Shown: in pieces, positions 1 through 8,261 of the stretch
Layout of the letters: each line of letters opens with the position of its first letter
Numbering within the stretch: the first letter of the stretch is position 1
Assembly: GCF_000020225.1 (NCBI RefSeq)
Contig: NC_010655.1
Location: forward strand, 780,001-812,000
Source: Akkermansia muciniphila ATCC BAA-835
GTDB lineage: Bacteria; Verrucomicrobiota; Verrucomicrobiia; Verrucomicrobiales; Akkermansiaceae
Direction: 5' to 3'
Length of the DNA: 32,000 bases
Notes under the pieces: model-generated
What the model was told of the DNA's origin: nothing
The model's database searches: none
The model's input: only the letters and a program-made list of their open reading frames with translations
Program-made: the position numbers and the translations under genes

Positions 1-111
1 CAGACGCACCGCAAAATCAGTTCCATCAACCTGATTCCGGAGCACAACATTCCCGTCATCTTTGACGATTCCTACGAGGATATTCCTCTTGCGGAGCCGA
101 TTGAAGAATAA
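1..111 (+). CDS. 3' end of an unidentified CDS (5' end lies outside the window)
   Basis: Frame 1 is open from the window edge to TAA at 109-111 and translates to QTHRKISSINLIPEHNIPVIFDDSYEDIPLAEPIEE*. Composition resembles the neighbouring genes. No family is recognisable from 36 aa. Confidence 0.35.
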   Translation, partial: QTHRKISSINLIPEHNIPVIFDDSYEDIPLAEPIEE

Positions 112-297
112 CGCCGCCCAGACGTTCTCCGGAAAAGCCGTGTTCTTCTCCGACTCCAAACTTCTTTTCCGGTCTCGTTCCCCCTGCTTCCCCTAATTTC
201 CCGCCGAACGGAACACCCGGTTTTCACAAGATTCTTCCCATGTCAGAATTCTGTTCTTTCTCAATGGGGAATGAGTCTGCGAAGACCCACAGAACAC

Positions 298-325
298 TTG
301 CCAATAAGGCTGTCCCGGTTATACT
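298..325 (+). promoter_or_regulatory. candidate sigma70-type promoter of recA
   Basis: TTGCCA (298-303), 16-nt spacer, TATACT (320-325). The -10 element ends 12 nt before the recA ATG at 338, and no Shine-Dalgarno-like purine run lies between them. Confidence 0.3.
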
Positions 326-337
326 GCGCTACGATAT

Positions 338-1378
338 ATGAGCAACGAAACACCTTTATCCCCCGAAGCGGAAAAACTGGCGGCAGCCCGCAAGCGCAAC
401 CTTGACCTGGCCCTCTCCCAAATCCAGAAAGACTTCGGAGAAAACGCCATTATGCGCCTTGGAGACAACGTCAAAATGGAAGTGGACGTCATTCCCACGG
501 GCAACCTTCTGATTGACCGCGCTCTGGGTGTGGGCGGCTTTGCCCGCGGCCGCATTGTGGAAATCTACGGACCGGAATCCTCCGGTAAAACCACCCTGAC
601 CCTGACGGCCATCGCCCAGGCCCAGAAATCCGGAGGCCTGGCTGCATTCATTGACGTGGAACACGCACTGGACCCTCAGTATGCCGCCCGCCTGGGCGTG
701 AACCTGGACGACCTGCTGGTTTCCCAGCCAAGTTCCGGTGAAGAAGCCCTGCAAATCTGTGAGGCTCTTGTCCGCTCCAATGCCATTGACGTCATCGTGG
801 TGGACTCCGTGGCCGCACTGGTCACCAAGCAGGAGCTGGAAGGAGAAATCGGGGATTCCACGGTAGGAGCCCAGGCCCGTTTGATGTCCGCCGCCCTCCG
901 CAAGCTCACCAGCTTCATTTCCAAGGCCCGTACCGTCTGTATCTTCACCAACCAGATCCGTGAAAAAATCGGCGTCATGTTCGGCAATCCGGAAACCACT
1001 CCCGGCGGCCGCGCCCTGAAATTCTACGCCTCCGTACGTGTGGACATCCGCCGCATCGGCCAGATCAAGGGCAGCGACGGCGTCATAGCCGGGAACCGCA
1101 CCAAAATCAAGGTAGTCAAAAACAAAGTGGCTCCTCCCTTCACGGAATGCGAATTCGACATCATGTACAATGAAGGCATCTCCTCCGTAGGCAGCCTGCT
1201 GGATCTGGCAACGGAATATGATATCATCCAGAAGCGCGGCTCCTGGATCAGCTATAACGGCAGCCAGATCGCCCAGGGCCGCGACGCCGCCAAGGAAGCT
1301 CTCAAATCCAACCCGGAGCTGTACGCGGAAATTGAAGAACAGGTCAAGGCCAAAATGGACGAGAAGACCGCCAAATAA
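338..1378 (+). CDS. recA: recombinase RecA
   Basis: The 346-aa ORF has unmistakable RecA motifs: [30 protein letters not shown] (Walker A), [56 protein letters not shown]. Confidence 0.97.
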   Translation: MSNETPLSPEAEKLAAARKRNLDLALSQIQKDFGENAIMRLGDNVKMEVDVIPTGNLLIDRALGVGGFARGRIVEIYGPESSGKTTLTLTAIAQAQKSGGLAAFIDVEHALDPQYAARLGVNLDDLLVSQPSSGEEALQICEALVRSNAIDVIVVDSVAALVTKQELEGEIGDSTVGAQARLMSAALRKLTSFISKARTVCIFTNQIREKIGVMFGNPETTPGGRALKFYASVRVDIRRIGQIKGSDGVIAGNRTKIKVVKNKVAPPFTECEFDIMYNEGISSVGSLLDLATEYDIIQKRGSWISYNGSQIAQGRDAAKEALKSNPELYAEIEEQVKAKMDEKTAK

Positions 1379-1414
1379 TCCCGCCTGATCCCGTTCCTTC
1401 ACTGCCATTTCAGG

Positions 1415-1444
1415 GCGGCTCCCCTTCCCGGGAGCCGCTTTTTT
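1415..1444 (+). terminator. rho-independent terminator after recA
   Basis: GCGGCTCC (1415-1422) pairs with GGAGCCGC (1431-1438) and is followed by TTTTTT (1439-1444), 37 nt after the recA stop. Confidence 0.7.
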
Positions 1445-1501
1445 CTCTCCGGAAACAGAAGCGCAAAAGAATCTTTCACGGAAACTTTTCCCTTGTGCGT
1501 C

Positions 1502-2557
1502 ATGAAAAATCCGTTAGTCTGGATGCGATATCGTCCTATGTATCCGACCTCTCGCACATCATTTGCAGCCGTGCTCGGCATTGTGGGCATGTTTCTGCTG
1601 ACGTTGTCCACGGCCTTCGGATGGAATCCGGAAATCATTAATGGAGTGCAGTATATTCCGATGTCCGAAGTGCGCACCCATTACAAACTGACCAGGGAAC
1701 GCACGGAAGGGCGGCAGAAAGTTTACGAGGTGCCGGAAAAGATTCAAATCCGTATCCAGGCGCGCAGCCAGGAGATGTTCATGAACAACATGAAGTTCGT
1801 GCTATCCTATCCTGTGGCTGACCATCCCTCCAAGGGGCTGATGGTTTCCAATATGGACCTGCACAAAATCATTGACCCGGTTCTGCGCCCCACTTACATC
1901 GCCAACCGCCGCAGTTTCAACACAGTAGTCATTGATCCCGGCCACGGCGGCCATGACAGCGGCACGCGTAACCGCATCAGCAGGGAAGCGGACATCAACC
2001 TTTCTGTGGGCAAAAAGCTGCGCGACCGCCTCAAGGCCATGGGCTACCAGGTGGTCATGACCCGTGACACGGACAACTTCATTGCCCTTCAGGACCGCGT
2101 CCGCATTGCCAACAGGCACAATAATGCCATCTTCATCAGCATCCACTTCAATGACGGAGGCTCTTCTGCCCGCGGGGTGGAAACCTTCACGCTGGCGCCC
2201 GCGGGCACTTCCTCCTCCATGTCCCGCAATATCCGCCACGACGCCCTGCAGGGCAACGCCCAGGACAGCATGAACATCGCCCTGGCTACAGCCGTCCAGG
2301 GGCACATGCTGAAAGGACCGCTTGCCATTAAGGAGGGCATTTCCATGGTTGACCGCGGCATCAAGCGCGCGCGCTATTCCGTGCTGTGTACCATCAAGCA
2401 TCCCGCCATTCTGGTGGAAGGCGGGTTCATGTCCAACCCGCAGGAGGCCCTGCTCATCGCCACGGAGCGTTATCAGAATTTCATGGCCTCTTCCCTGGCC
2501 GCCGCCGTGCACCAGTACCGCACCGCCCTGGGCCAGCAAGTGCGCAGAACGCGCTGA
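1502..2557 (+). CDS. N-acetylmuramoyl-L-alanine amidase (Amidase_3 type) with an N-terminal membrane or signal segment
   Basis: Motifs VVIDPGHGGHDSGT, AIFISIHFN, GVETFTL and RGIKRARYSVLCTIKHPAILVEGGFMSNPQEA. Hydrophobic N-terminus AAVLGIVGMFLLTLSTAFG. The ORF opens at TTG 1493; the first ATG (1502) is used here, so the start is uncertain. Confidence 0.9.
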   Translation: MKNPLVWMRYRPMYPTSRTSFAAVLGIVGMFLLTLSTAFGWNPEIINGVQYIPMSEVRTHYKLTRERTEGRQKVYEVPEKIQIRIQARSQEMFMNNMKFVLSYPVADHPSKGLMVSNMDLHKIIDPVLRPTYIANRRSFNTVVIDPGHGGHDSGTRNRISREADINLSVGKKLRDRLKAMGYQVVMTRDTDNFIALQDRVRIANRHNNAIFISIHFNDGGSSARGVETFTLAPAGTSSSMSRNIRHDALQGNAQDSMNIALATAVQGHMLKGPLAIKEGISMVDRGIKRARYSVLCTIKHPAILVEGGFMSNPQEALLIATERYQNFMASSLAAAVHQYRTALGQQVRRTR

Positions 2558-2592
2558 GTTCCCTAACTGTCCCGGGGCCTCCCTTCAGCAGC

Positions 2593-3231
2593 ATGAACAT
2601 CATCCGCATTCCCGGCCTGGCAGATTATCAGGAAACCTTGAGGCTCCAGGAACAACTGGTCCGGGCCCATCAGGAAGACCCGGACAGGGAAAACGAACTG
2701 TTGCTGCTGGAACATGCCGGAGTTTATACCATCGGGCGTACACGGAACCACGCCAGCCTGCACCCCGGTTCCGTACTTCCCTTTCCCGTTCATGAAATCA
2801 ACCGCGGCGGCCAGGCTACCTACCACGGCCCCGGCCAGCTGGTCGGATACCCCATTACGGACCTGAACCGCTGCGGCAGGGATCTGCACCGTTACGTCAC
2901 CACCCTGGAGAACACCCTGATTGAAACCTGTGCCCGGTTCGGCGTGCAGGCCCGCATCCGGGAAGGGCTGGTAGGGGTCTGGGTGGAAAACCGCAAAATA
3001 GCCTCCATCGGCGTCGGGGTGAAAAAGTGGATTGCCATGCACGGCTTCGCCCTCAATATAACCCGGAAATCCCTGCCTCCCTTCCTTGCTATTACCCCAT
3101 GCGGCATCCAGGGCGTGCAAATGACCTGCCTGGAGGATGAAATGTCCTCCCCCCTGCCGGAAGGAAACCTGTTGAAATGTTTCGGAGACGTTTTTGCAGC
3201 ACTATGGGAAGAAAAATTTAACCGGTCTTAA
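2593..3231 (+). CDS. lipB: octanoyltransferase LipB (lipoate-protein ligase B)
   Basis: Motifs NRGGQATYHGPGQLVGYPI, KIASIGVGVKKWIAMHGFALNI, ITPCGI. The track ORF starts at 2386 but overlaps the amidase. ATG 2593 (MNIIRIPGLADYQ...) gives a typical 212-aa LipB. Confidence 0.92.
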   Translation: MNIIRIPGLADYQETLRLQEQLVRAHQEDPDRENELLLLEHAGVYTIGRTRNHASLHPGSVLPFPVHEINRGGQATYHGPGQLVGYPITDLNRCGRDLHRYVTTLENTLIETCARFGVQARIREGLVGVWVENRKIASIGVGVKKWIAMHGFALNITRKSLPPFLAITPCGIQGVQMTCLEDEMSSPLPEGNLLKCFGDVFAALWEEKFNRS

Positions 3232-3433
3232 GGGGATTCGGAACGTGCGGAGGGCATGAAAACCATCCTTTCCTTAAAGGCGGAAAGGCCCCAAAGGCTG
3301 GAGAGAGGCCCGTTCAGACCATGAATGCAGAGGAAATGTTCAAAAAAACTCCTTATGTAAGACACAGACCGTGTCAGCAATACGTCCTTGCATCTTGACG
3401 CGGTTCCCGAACGGACGGATGCTTATGTCAGTT

Positions 3434-4846
3434 ATGGGGAAAACGCTTTTCCAAAAAATCTGGGACGCTCATACCGTCGGCATCCTGCCGGATGGGAGAA
3501 CGCAAATGTTCATCGCTACGCACCTGCTGCATGAAGTCACCTCTCCGCAGGCTTTCGGAATGGTCCGGGACCTGGGCCTGACTGTGCGCCACCCGGAACG
3601 CACCTTTGCCACTGTGGACCACATCATTCCCACAGACAACCAGGCGGAACCGTTCGCGGACGCCACGGCTGACGCCATGATCAGGGAACTGCGCCGGAAC
3701 TGCGCTGAAAACGGCATCCGCTTTTTCGACCTCCCTACCGGGCTCCAGGGCATCGTGCATATGGTAGGGCCGGAACTCGGCATCACTCAGCCGGGCATGA
3801 CTATCGTATGCGGAGACTCCCATACGGCCACCCACGGAGCCTTCGGTGCCATTGCCATGGGCATCGGCACCACGCAGGTGCGCGATGTGCTGGCTACGCA
3901 GACCCTGGCCCTCAGCCCGCTCAAGGTGCGCCGCATCAATGTGAACGGAAAGCTGGCCCCCGGCGTGCGCGCCAAGGATGTAGCCCTGCACATCATCGGC
4001 CTTCTGGGAGCCAAGGGCGGCCTGGGCTTCGCCTACGAATACGGAGGCGAGGTCATTGACGCCATGAGCATGGACGAACGCATGACCCTCTGCAACATGT
4101 CCATTGAAGGCGCGGCGCGCTGCGGTTACGTGAACCCTGACCGGACCACGGTGGAATACATCAAAGGACGCCTGTTCGCCCCCACCGGCGCGGACTGGGA
4201 CAAGGCCGTGGAACGCTGGCTGGGCTTTGCTTCCGACGCAGATGCGGAATATGATGAAATCGTGGAAATTGACGGAGCTTCCATTGAGCCTACATTGACA
4301 TGGGGCATTTCTCCGGACCAGAATACGGGCATCAGCGGCAGCACTCCCAACCCATCCGACGCAGCGGACGACGATGAACGGAAGATGATCAATGAAGCGC
4401 TGGAATACATGAAATTCCCCGCGGACATGCCTCTTAAGGGGCTGCCGGTTCAAGTGTGCTTCGTAGGTTCCTGCACCAATGGGCGCATTTCAGACTTCCG
4501 GGAAGTGGCCGCCCTCATCAAGGGTCGCCATGTGGCCCCCGGCATCAGGGCGCTGGCCGTTCCCGGCTCCCAGATGACTGCCCGGCAGTGTGAAGAGGAA
4601 GGCATCGCGGACATTTTCCGTGAAGCCGGCTTTGAATGGCGTCTGGCGGGTTGCTCCATGTGCCTGGCCATGAATCCGGACAAGCTCCAGGGTGACCAGC
4701 TCTGCGCCAGTTCCTCCAACCGGAACTTCAAGGGCCGGCAGGGAAGCCCCACCGGACGCACCCTGCTGATGAGCCCGGCCATGGTGGCCGCCGCTGCTCT
4801 GACCGGGAAAGTCTCCGATGCCCGCGAAGTGTTCTCCCTGAATTAA
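3434..4846 (+). CDS. leuC: 3-isopropylmalate dehydratase large subunit
   Basis: [15 protein letters not shown]..., [59 protein letters not shown] (aconitase-family Fe-S ligands). The start is set at ATG 3434 rather than GTG 3371. Confidence 0.95.
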   Translation: MGKTLFQKIWDAHTVGILPDGRTQMFIATHLLHEVTSPQAFGMVRDLGLTVRHPERTFATVDHIIPTDNQAEPFADATADAMIRELRRNCAENGIRFFDLPTGLQGIVHMVGPELGITQPGMTIVCGDSHTATHGAFGAIAMGIGTTQVRDVLATQTLALSPLKVRRINVNGKLAPGVRAKDVALHIIGLLGAKGGLGFAYEYGGEVIDAMSMDERMTLCNMSIEGAARCGYVNPDRTTVEYIKGRLFAPTGADWDKAVERWLGFASDADAEYDEIVEIDGASIEPTLTWGISPDQNTGISGSTPNPSDAADDDERKMINEALEYMKFPADMPLKGLPVQVCFVGSCTNGRISDFREVAALIKGRHVAPGIRALAVPGSQMTARQCEEEGIADIFREAGFEWRLAGCSMCLAMNPDKLQGDQLCASSSNRNFKGRQGSPTGRTLLMSPAMVAAAALTGKVSDAREVFSLN

Positions 4847-4865
4847 CTTTCCAATTTTTTCCTTT

Positions 4866-5474
4866 ATGTCTCTGACCCAATTCACCTCCATCACCGGCAC
4901 CTGCGTTCCCGTTCCGGGACCGGACATGGACACGGACCGCATCATCCCTGCCCGCTTCCTTAAATGCATCACGTTTGACGAACTGGCGGGAGTCATGTTC
5001 TGGGACGAACGCTTCGACGAAAACGGACAATCCAAATCCCACCCGGTGGACGATCCCCGCTTCAAAGGGGCTTCCATCATTTTGGGCGGCTCCAACTTCG
5101 GCTGCGGCTCCTCCCGTGAGCATGCCCCGCAGACGATCAGGCGCTCCGGCATCAAAGCCGTCATTGCGGAATCTTTCGCGGAAATCTTTTTCGGCAACAG
5201 CACCGGCATCGGTTTGCCCTGCGTGTGCGCGTCTGCCGCCGACATTGCCGCTCTGGCCCGGCACATTTCCGATCACCCGGAAACGGAAGTGACGATTGAC
5301 CTCCTGAACATGACAGCTTCCTGGAAGGAAGGCTCCTTCCCCATCCGGATGCCGGCGGAAGCCCGCGAAGCCCTGACCCGGGGCCGCTGGGATTCCATTG
5401 CGGAACTGCTTGTCAACATGGATGCCGTAGAAAAGAAAAACAAGGAACTGCCCCAGGTCGCAGCCTCCTGCTGA
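4866..5474 (+). CDS. leuD: 3-isopropylmalate dehydratase small subunit
   Basis: The 202-aa ORF starts 19 nt after leuC. Motifs DTDRIIPARFL, ILGGSNFGCGSSREHAPQ, GIKAVIAESFAEIFFGNS. Confidence 0.95.
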   Translation: MSLTQFTSITGTCVPVPGPDMDTDRIIPARFLKCITFDELAGVMFWDERFDENGQSKSHPVDDPRFKGASIILGGSNFGCGSSREHAPQTIRRSGIKAVIAESFAEIFFGNSTGIGLPCVCASAADIAALARHISDHPETEVTIDLLNMTASWKEGSFPIRMPAEAREALTRGRWDSIAELLVNMDAVEKKNKELPQVAASC

Positions 5475-5518
5475 TTCAGCATTCACCTCTTTCCTCCCCT
5501 TCTATCCCCCTTCCCCAT

Positions 5519-6640
5519 ATGATTTTCAGAATTACAGACTACGTCCACTACGGCACGCTGGACAACCGTGAACGCGGAACCGTCCGCCTTACGCTGCAGC
5601 TCATGGGGATGCCCCATCCGGTAAATATCACCCTGCAGGGGGACTGCCTCCAGGATCTGGCCGGTTGCGTGGTTGATTTCAGGAATCCCTCTCCCCAGAC
5701 CCTTCCCGCGGAACTTACCCAGATCCCGGAACATATCCAGGGAGTGGCGGGAGACATGACGGCCAGCCGCCGCATGCCTGTCAAAGGCAGGAAAACCATG
5801 GAAAACGCCCTGTACCTGGAATGGTTCACCAGCCACCATGACATGGTGCTGCTGGAAAGTACGGTCTTCTCCATCAAAGTCTCCCTCCCCGAATGGATTA
5901 TGGATTCCTGCGAAGAGCAGGCCCAGATCATGGCGAACCAGCAGATGCTGCGGACCCAGGTAAAGGAATGGTCCAGGGCCTATTCCAACCACCAGGAGGA
6001 CGGAAGCCTGCCCGACCACCACTGGGACAAACGCCTGCGGGAGGCGGAAGCCATCGCCATCGCCTACCAGGAGGTATTCCAGAAATACAGGCTGAACCCC
6101 AGCGGAGACATCCGTGTGGCCTTTGTCATGGGCTGGGATGAAGTGCTGGACAACATCGCCCAGTCGGAAGAAACGGGGACGCCCTGTTCCTGCAAAAGCG
6201 CCGGCATGCTCAGCCTGTTTGACATTCTCAACGAACAGGAGGCCCGGGAAGTGCAGTCCTGCATGTTTCATCCCCTCTTCCAGCAGGTGATGGAGCTGAC
6301 GGATCTGTGCCAGCACCGGTTCAGCCGAGAAATCAACAAAGCCCAGAGGAACAGGACGGGGCCGCCGGAACCCCTGAACCAGATTTTTTACTGCATCCGC
6401 TACATCACCCCACGCATTCTTTCCTGCCTCCTTCAGGAGAAGGAAGACGCGGCGGACTACTGCACCATGGCCGCCCGCATGGCCCTGTGCGTGGAACAAA
6501 CGCGCCAGACGGTAGCTGCGCTGGACAGCCGCGGCTACCAGATGGACGGCGAAATAGCGGAACGTTTCTCATCCCTGCTGGAGGAAGTCAATTCCTTCCA
6601 GGAAAGCCTGGCAACACAAAGCCGCAAAAGCAACCTGTAA
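5519..6640 (+). CDS. hypothetical cytoplasmic protein, no family recognised
   Basis: The 373-aa ORF has the same strand and codon style as its neighbours, with 44 nt to leuD and 41 nt to the next gene. No signal peptide and no motif I can name. The C-terminal third looks helical and acidic. Confidence 0.6.
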   Translation: MIFRITDYVHYGTLDNRERGTVRLTLQLMGMPHPVNITLQGDCLQDLAGCVVDFRNPSPQTLPAELTQIPEHIQGVAGDMTASRRMPVKGRKTMENALYLEWFTSHHDMVLLESTVFSIKVSLPEWIMDSCEEQAQIMANQQMLRTQVKEWSRAYSNHQEDGSLPDHHWDKRLREAEAIAIAYQEVFQKYRLNPSGDIRVAFVMGWDEVLDNIAQSEETGTPCSCKSAGMLSLFDILNEQEAREVQSCMFHPLFQQVMELTDLCQHRFSREINKAQRNRTGPPEPLNQIFYCIRYITPRILSCLLQEKEDAADYCTMAARMALCVEQTRQTVAALDSRGYQMDGEIAERFSSLLEEVNSFQESLATQSRKSNL

Positions 6641-6681
6641 CAACAAAACCTTCCCTGGCAACACAATCTTCATCTTTGCGT

Positions 6682-8256
6682 ATGATACATTCCCACACCT
6701 GTTTTCAAGGGCTGTGCGCAGTCCTGGCCGGCACCGCTCTTTCCCACGCGGATGAGCCGGCTGTTTCCATTTCGGACTTCGGGGTAGATAAGGTCATGTC
6801 CGGCCCTGTCGTTTCCATCAATGATCAGTACAAGGGCGTCGTGAAAATTGAGATGGATTCCCTGACTCCGGATTACGCTACTCCGTGGAATACCGGCCGC
6901 TACCAGGGGGGCATCGGCACCGGCTTTCTGATCGGGGAAAACGCCTTCATGACGAACGCCCATGTAGTCAGCAACGCGGAACGCATTTATATCTCCATGT
7001 ACGGAGATTCCCGTAAAATTCCCGCCAGGGTCAAATTCATCGCCCATGACGCGGATCTTGCTCTGCTGGAGGCGGACGATCCCAGGCCCTTCAAAGGAAT
7101 ACGGCCTTTTGAATTCAGCAAAAACCTGCCTCATCTGGAAGACGAAGTAAGGGTGATCGGCTACCCCATCGGCGGCAACAGGCTTTCCGTCACACGCGGC
7201 GTGGTCTCCCGCATTGATTTCACCACGTACGCCCACCCCCGCAACACGGAACACCTGACCATCCAGGTGGACGCCGCCATTAACCCGGGCAACAGCGGTG
7301 GCCCCGTCCTGATGGGGAATAAAGTCATCGGCGTGGCATTCCAGGGCCTGAACAACGCCAATAACACGGGGTACGTGATTCCAACCCCCGTCATCCGCCA
7401 CTTTCTGGAAGACATCAAGGACGGTGTCTATGATGGTTACGTGGACATGGGCATTCAGGCTGCGCCCATCCTGAACCCGGCCATGCGCAAGGCGTTCGGC
7501 CTGCCGGACGACGAAAAAGGCGTCCTGATCGGCAAGGTGCTCAAGGGGTCCTCCGCCGACGGCGTGCTCCGCAACGGGGACCTGCTGATGAAAGTGGACG
7601 GCTATGATGTGGACAGTTCCGCCATGATTGAACTGGACGGCCAGAAAATCAGTATGAAAGAACTCATTGAGCGCTGTTTTAAAGACGACCGGCTCCCGCT
7701 GGATATCATTCGCGACGGCAAGCCCATGAAGGTGGAAATGGTGATGAAGCCATCCCCCTCCAGAGACCTTCTGATGGCGGAATACGATAAAATGCCCCGC
7801 TACGTCGTCTTTGGAGGCCTGGTGTTCCAGCCCATCCAGCGCAACGTGCTCGCGGCGGCGGACATCTCCATGCTGGACGTTGCACTGGACATCCGGAATT
7901 ACCAGGAAGACGGCGGCTGCGTGGACCATGAAGACATGGTCATCATCACCAAAGTGCTGGATGATGAGGTAAACGCGCGTCTGTCCGGCTCCATTTCCAA
8001 TTCCATTGTGGAAAAAATCAACGGCGTAAAGGTTAAAGGCCTTACCCACGCCTACGAACTCCTTTACCCGGAAAACATGCCGGAATACGTCGTCATCGAA
8101 CTGAAAAACGGAGAGCGCCCCCTCGTCTTTGAAGGCAAGGCCATGGAGACGGCCAACAAGCGTATCTCCAAAACCTACAATATCCCGAAAAACGCCCGCT
8201 TGGACAGCGCCATTCCCGGCCGCCAGCCTGGCCGCAACACCACTCCCGCCCGTTAA
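6682..8256 (+). CDS. secreted Deg/HtrA-like trypsin-fold serine protease with a C-terminal PDZ-like region
   Basis: Signal-like N-terminus MIHSHTCFQGLCAVLAGTALSHA. Intact triad contexts: TNAHVV (His codon 6961-6963), DADLALL (Asp 7054-7056), GNSGGPV (Ser 7294-7296). PDZ-like segment GVLIGKVLKGSSADGVLRNGDLLMKVDG. The track ORF start at 6307 overlaps the previous gene, so ATG 6682 is used. Confidence 0.85.
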   Translation: MIHSHTCFQGLCAVLAGTALSHADEPAVSISDFGVDKVMSGPVVSINDQYKGVVKIEMDSLTPDYATPWNTGRYQGGIGTGFLIGENAFMTNAHVVSNAERIYISMYGDSRKIPARVKFIAHDADLALLEADDPRPFKGIRPFEFSKNLPHLEDEVRVIGYPIGGNRLSVTRGVVSRIDFTTYAHPRNTEHLTIQVDAAINPGNSGGPVLMGNKVIGVAFQGLNNANNTGYVIPTPVIRHFLEDIKDGVYDGYVDMGIQAAPILNPAMRKAFGLPDDEKGVLIGKVLKGSSADGVLRNGDLLMKVDGYDVDSSAMIELDGQKISMKELIERCFKDDRLPLDIIRDGKPMKVEMVMKPSPSRDLLMAEYDKMPRYVVFGGLVFQPIQRNVLAAADISMLDVALDIRNYQEDGGCVDHEDMVIITKVLDDEVNARLSGSISNSIVEKINGVKVKGLTHAYELLYPENMPEYVVIELKNGERPLVFEGKAMETANKRISKTYNIPKNARLDSAIPGRQPGRNTTPAR

Positions 8257-8261
8257 CCGCC

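Noticed and set aside
356-1408. A 350-aa antisense ORF opposite recA. Similar long antisense ORFs occur at 1802-2539, 3428-4453, 5483-6499, 6670-8049, 12805-13803, 15612-16574, 16796-17986, 18786-19817, 19603-20712, 20764-22470 and 23003-24742.
   Set aside because: Each lies opposite a gene with unmistakable family motifs. Their translations are Gly/Ala/Arg/His-rich and low in complexity, with no recognisable motifs. This is typical of shadow frames in high-GC coding DNA.
3256-3324. A possible leucine leader peptide or attenuator upstream of leuC: a 22-codon [25 protein letters not shown], plus a second 25-codon ORF at 3321-3398.
   Set aside because: It has only 3 scattered Leu codons and no Leu run. 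I could not identify alternative terminator and antiterminator hairpins followed by a T-tract.
6307-6681. N-terminal extensions of track ORFs that overlap upstream genes: 6307 for the protease, 2386 for lipB, 19624 for mpl and 3371 for leuC.
   Set aside because: The extensions are Pro/Arg/Gly-rich, overlap well-supported upstream genes out of frame, and precede internal ATGs that give canonical N-termini or signal peptides.
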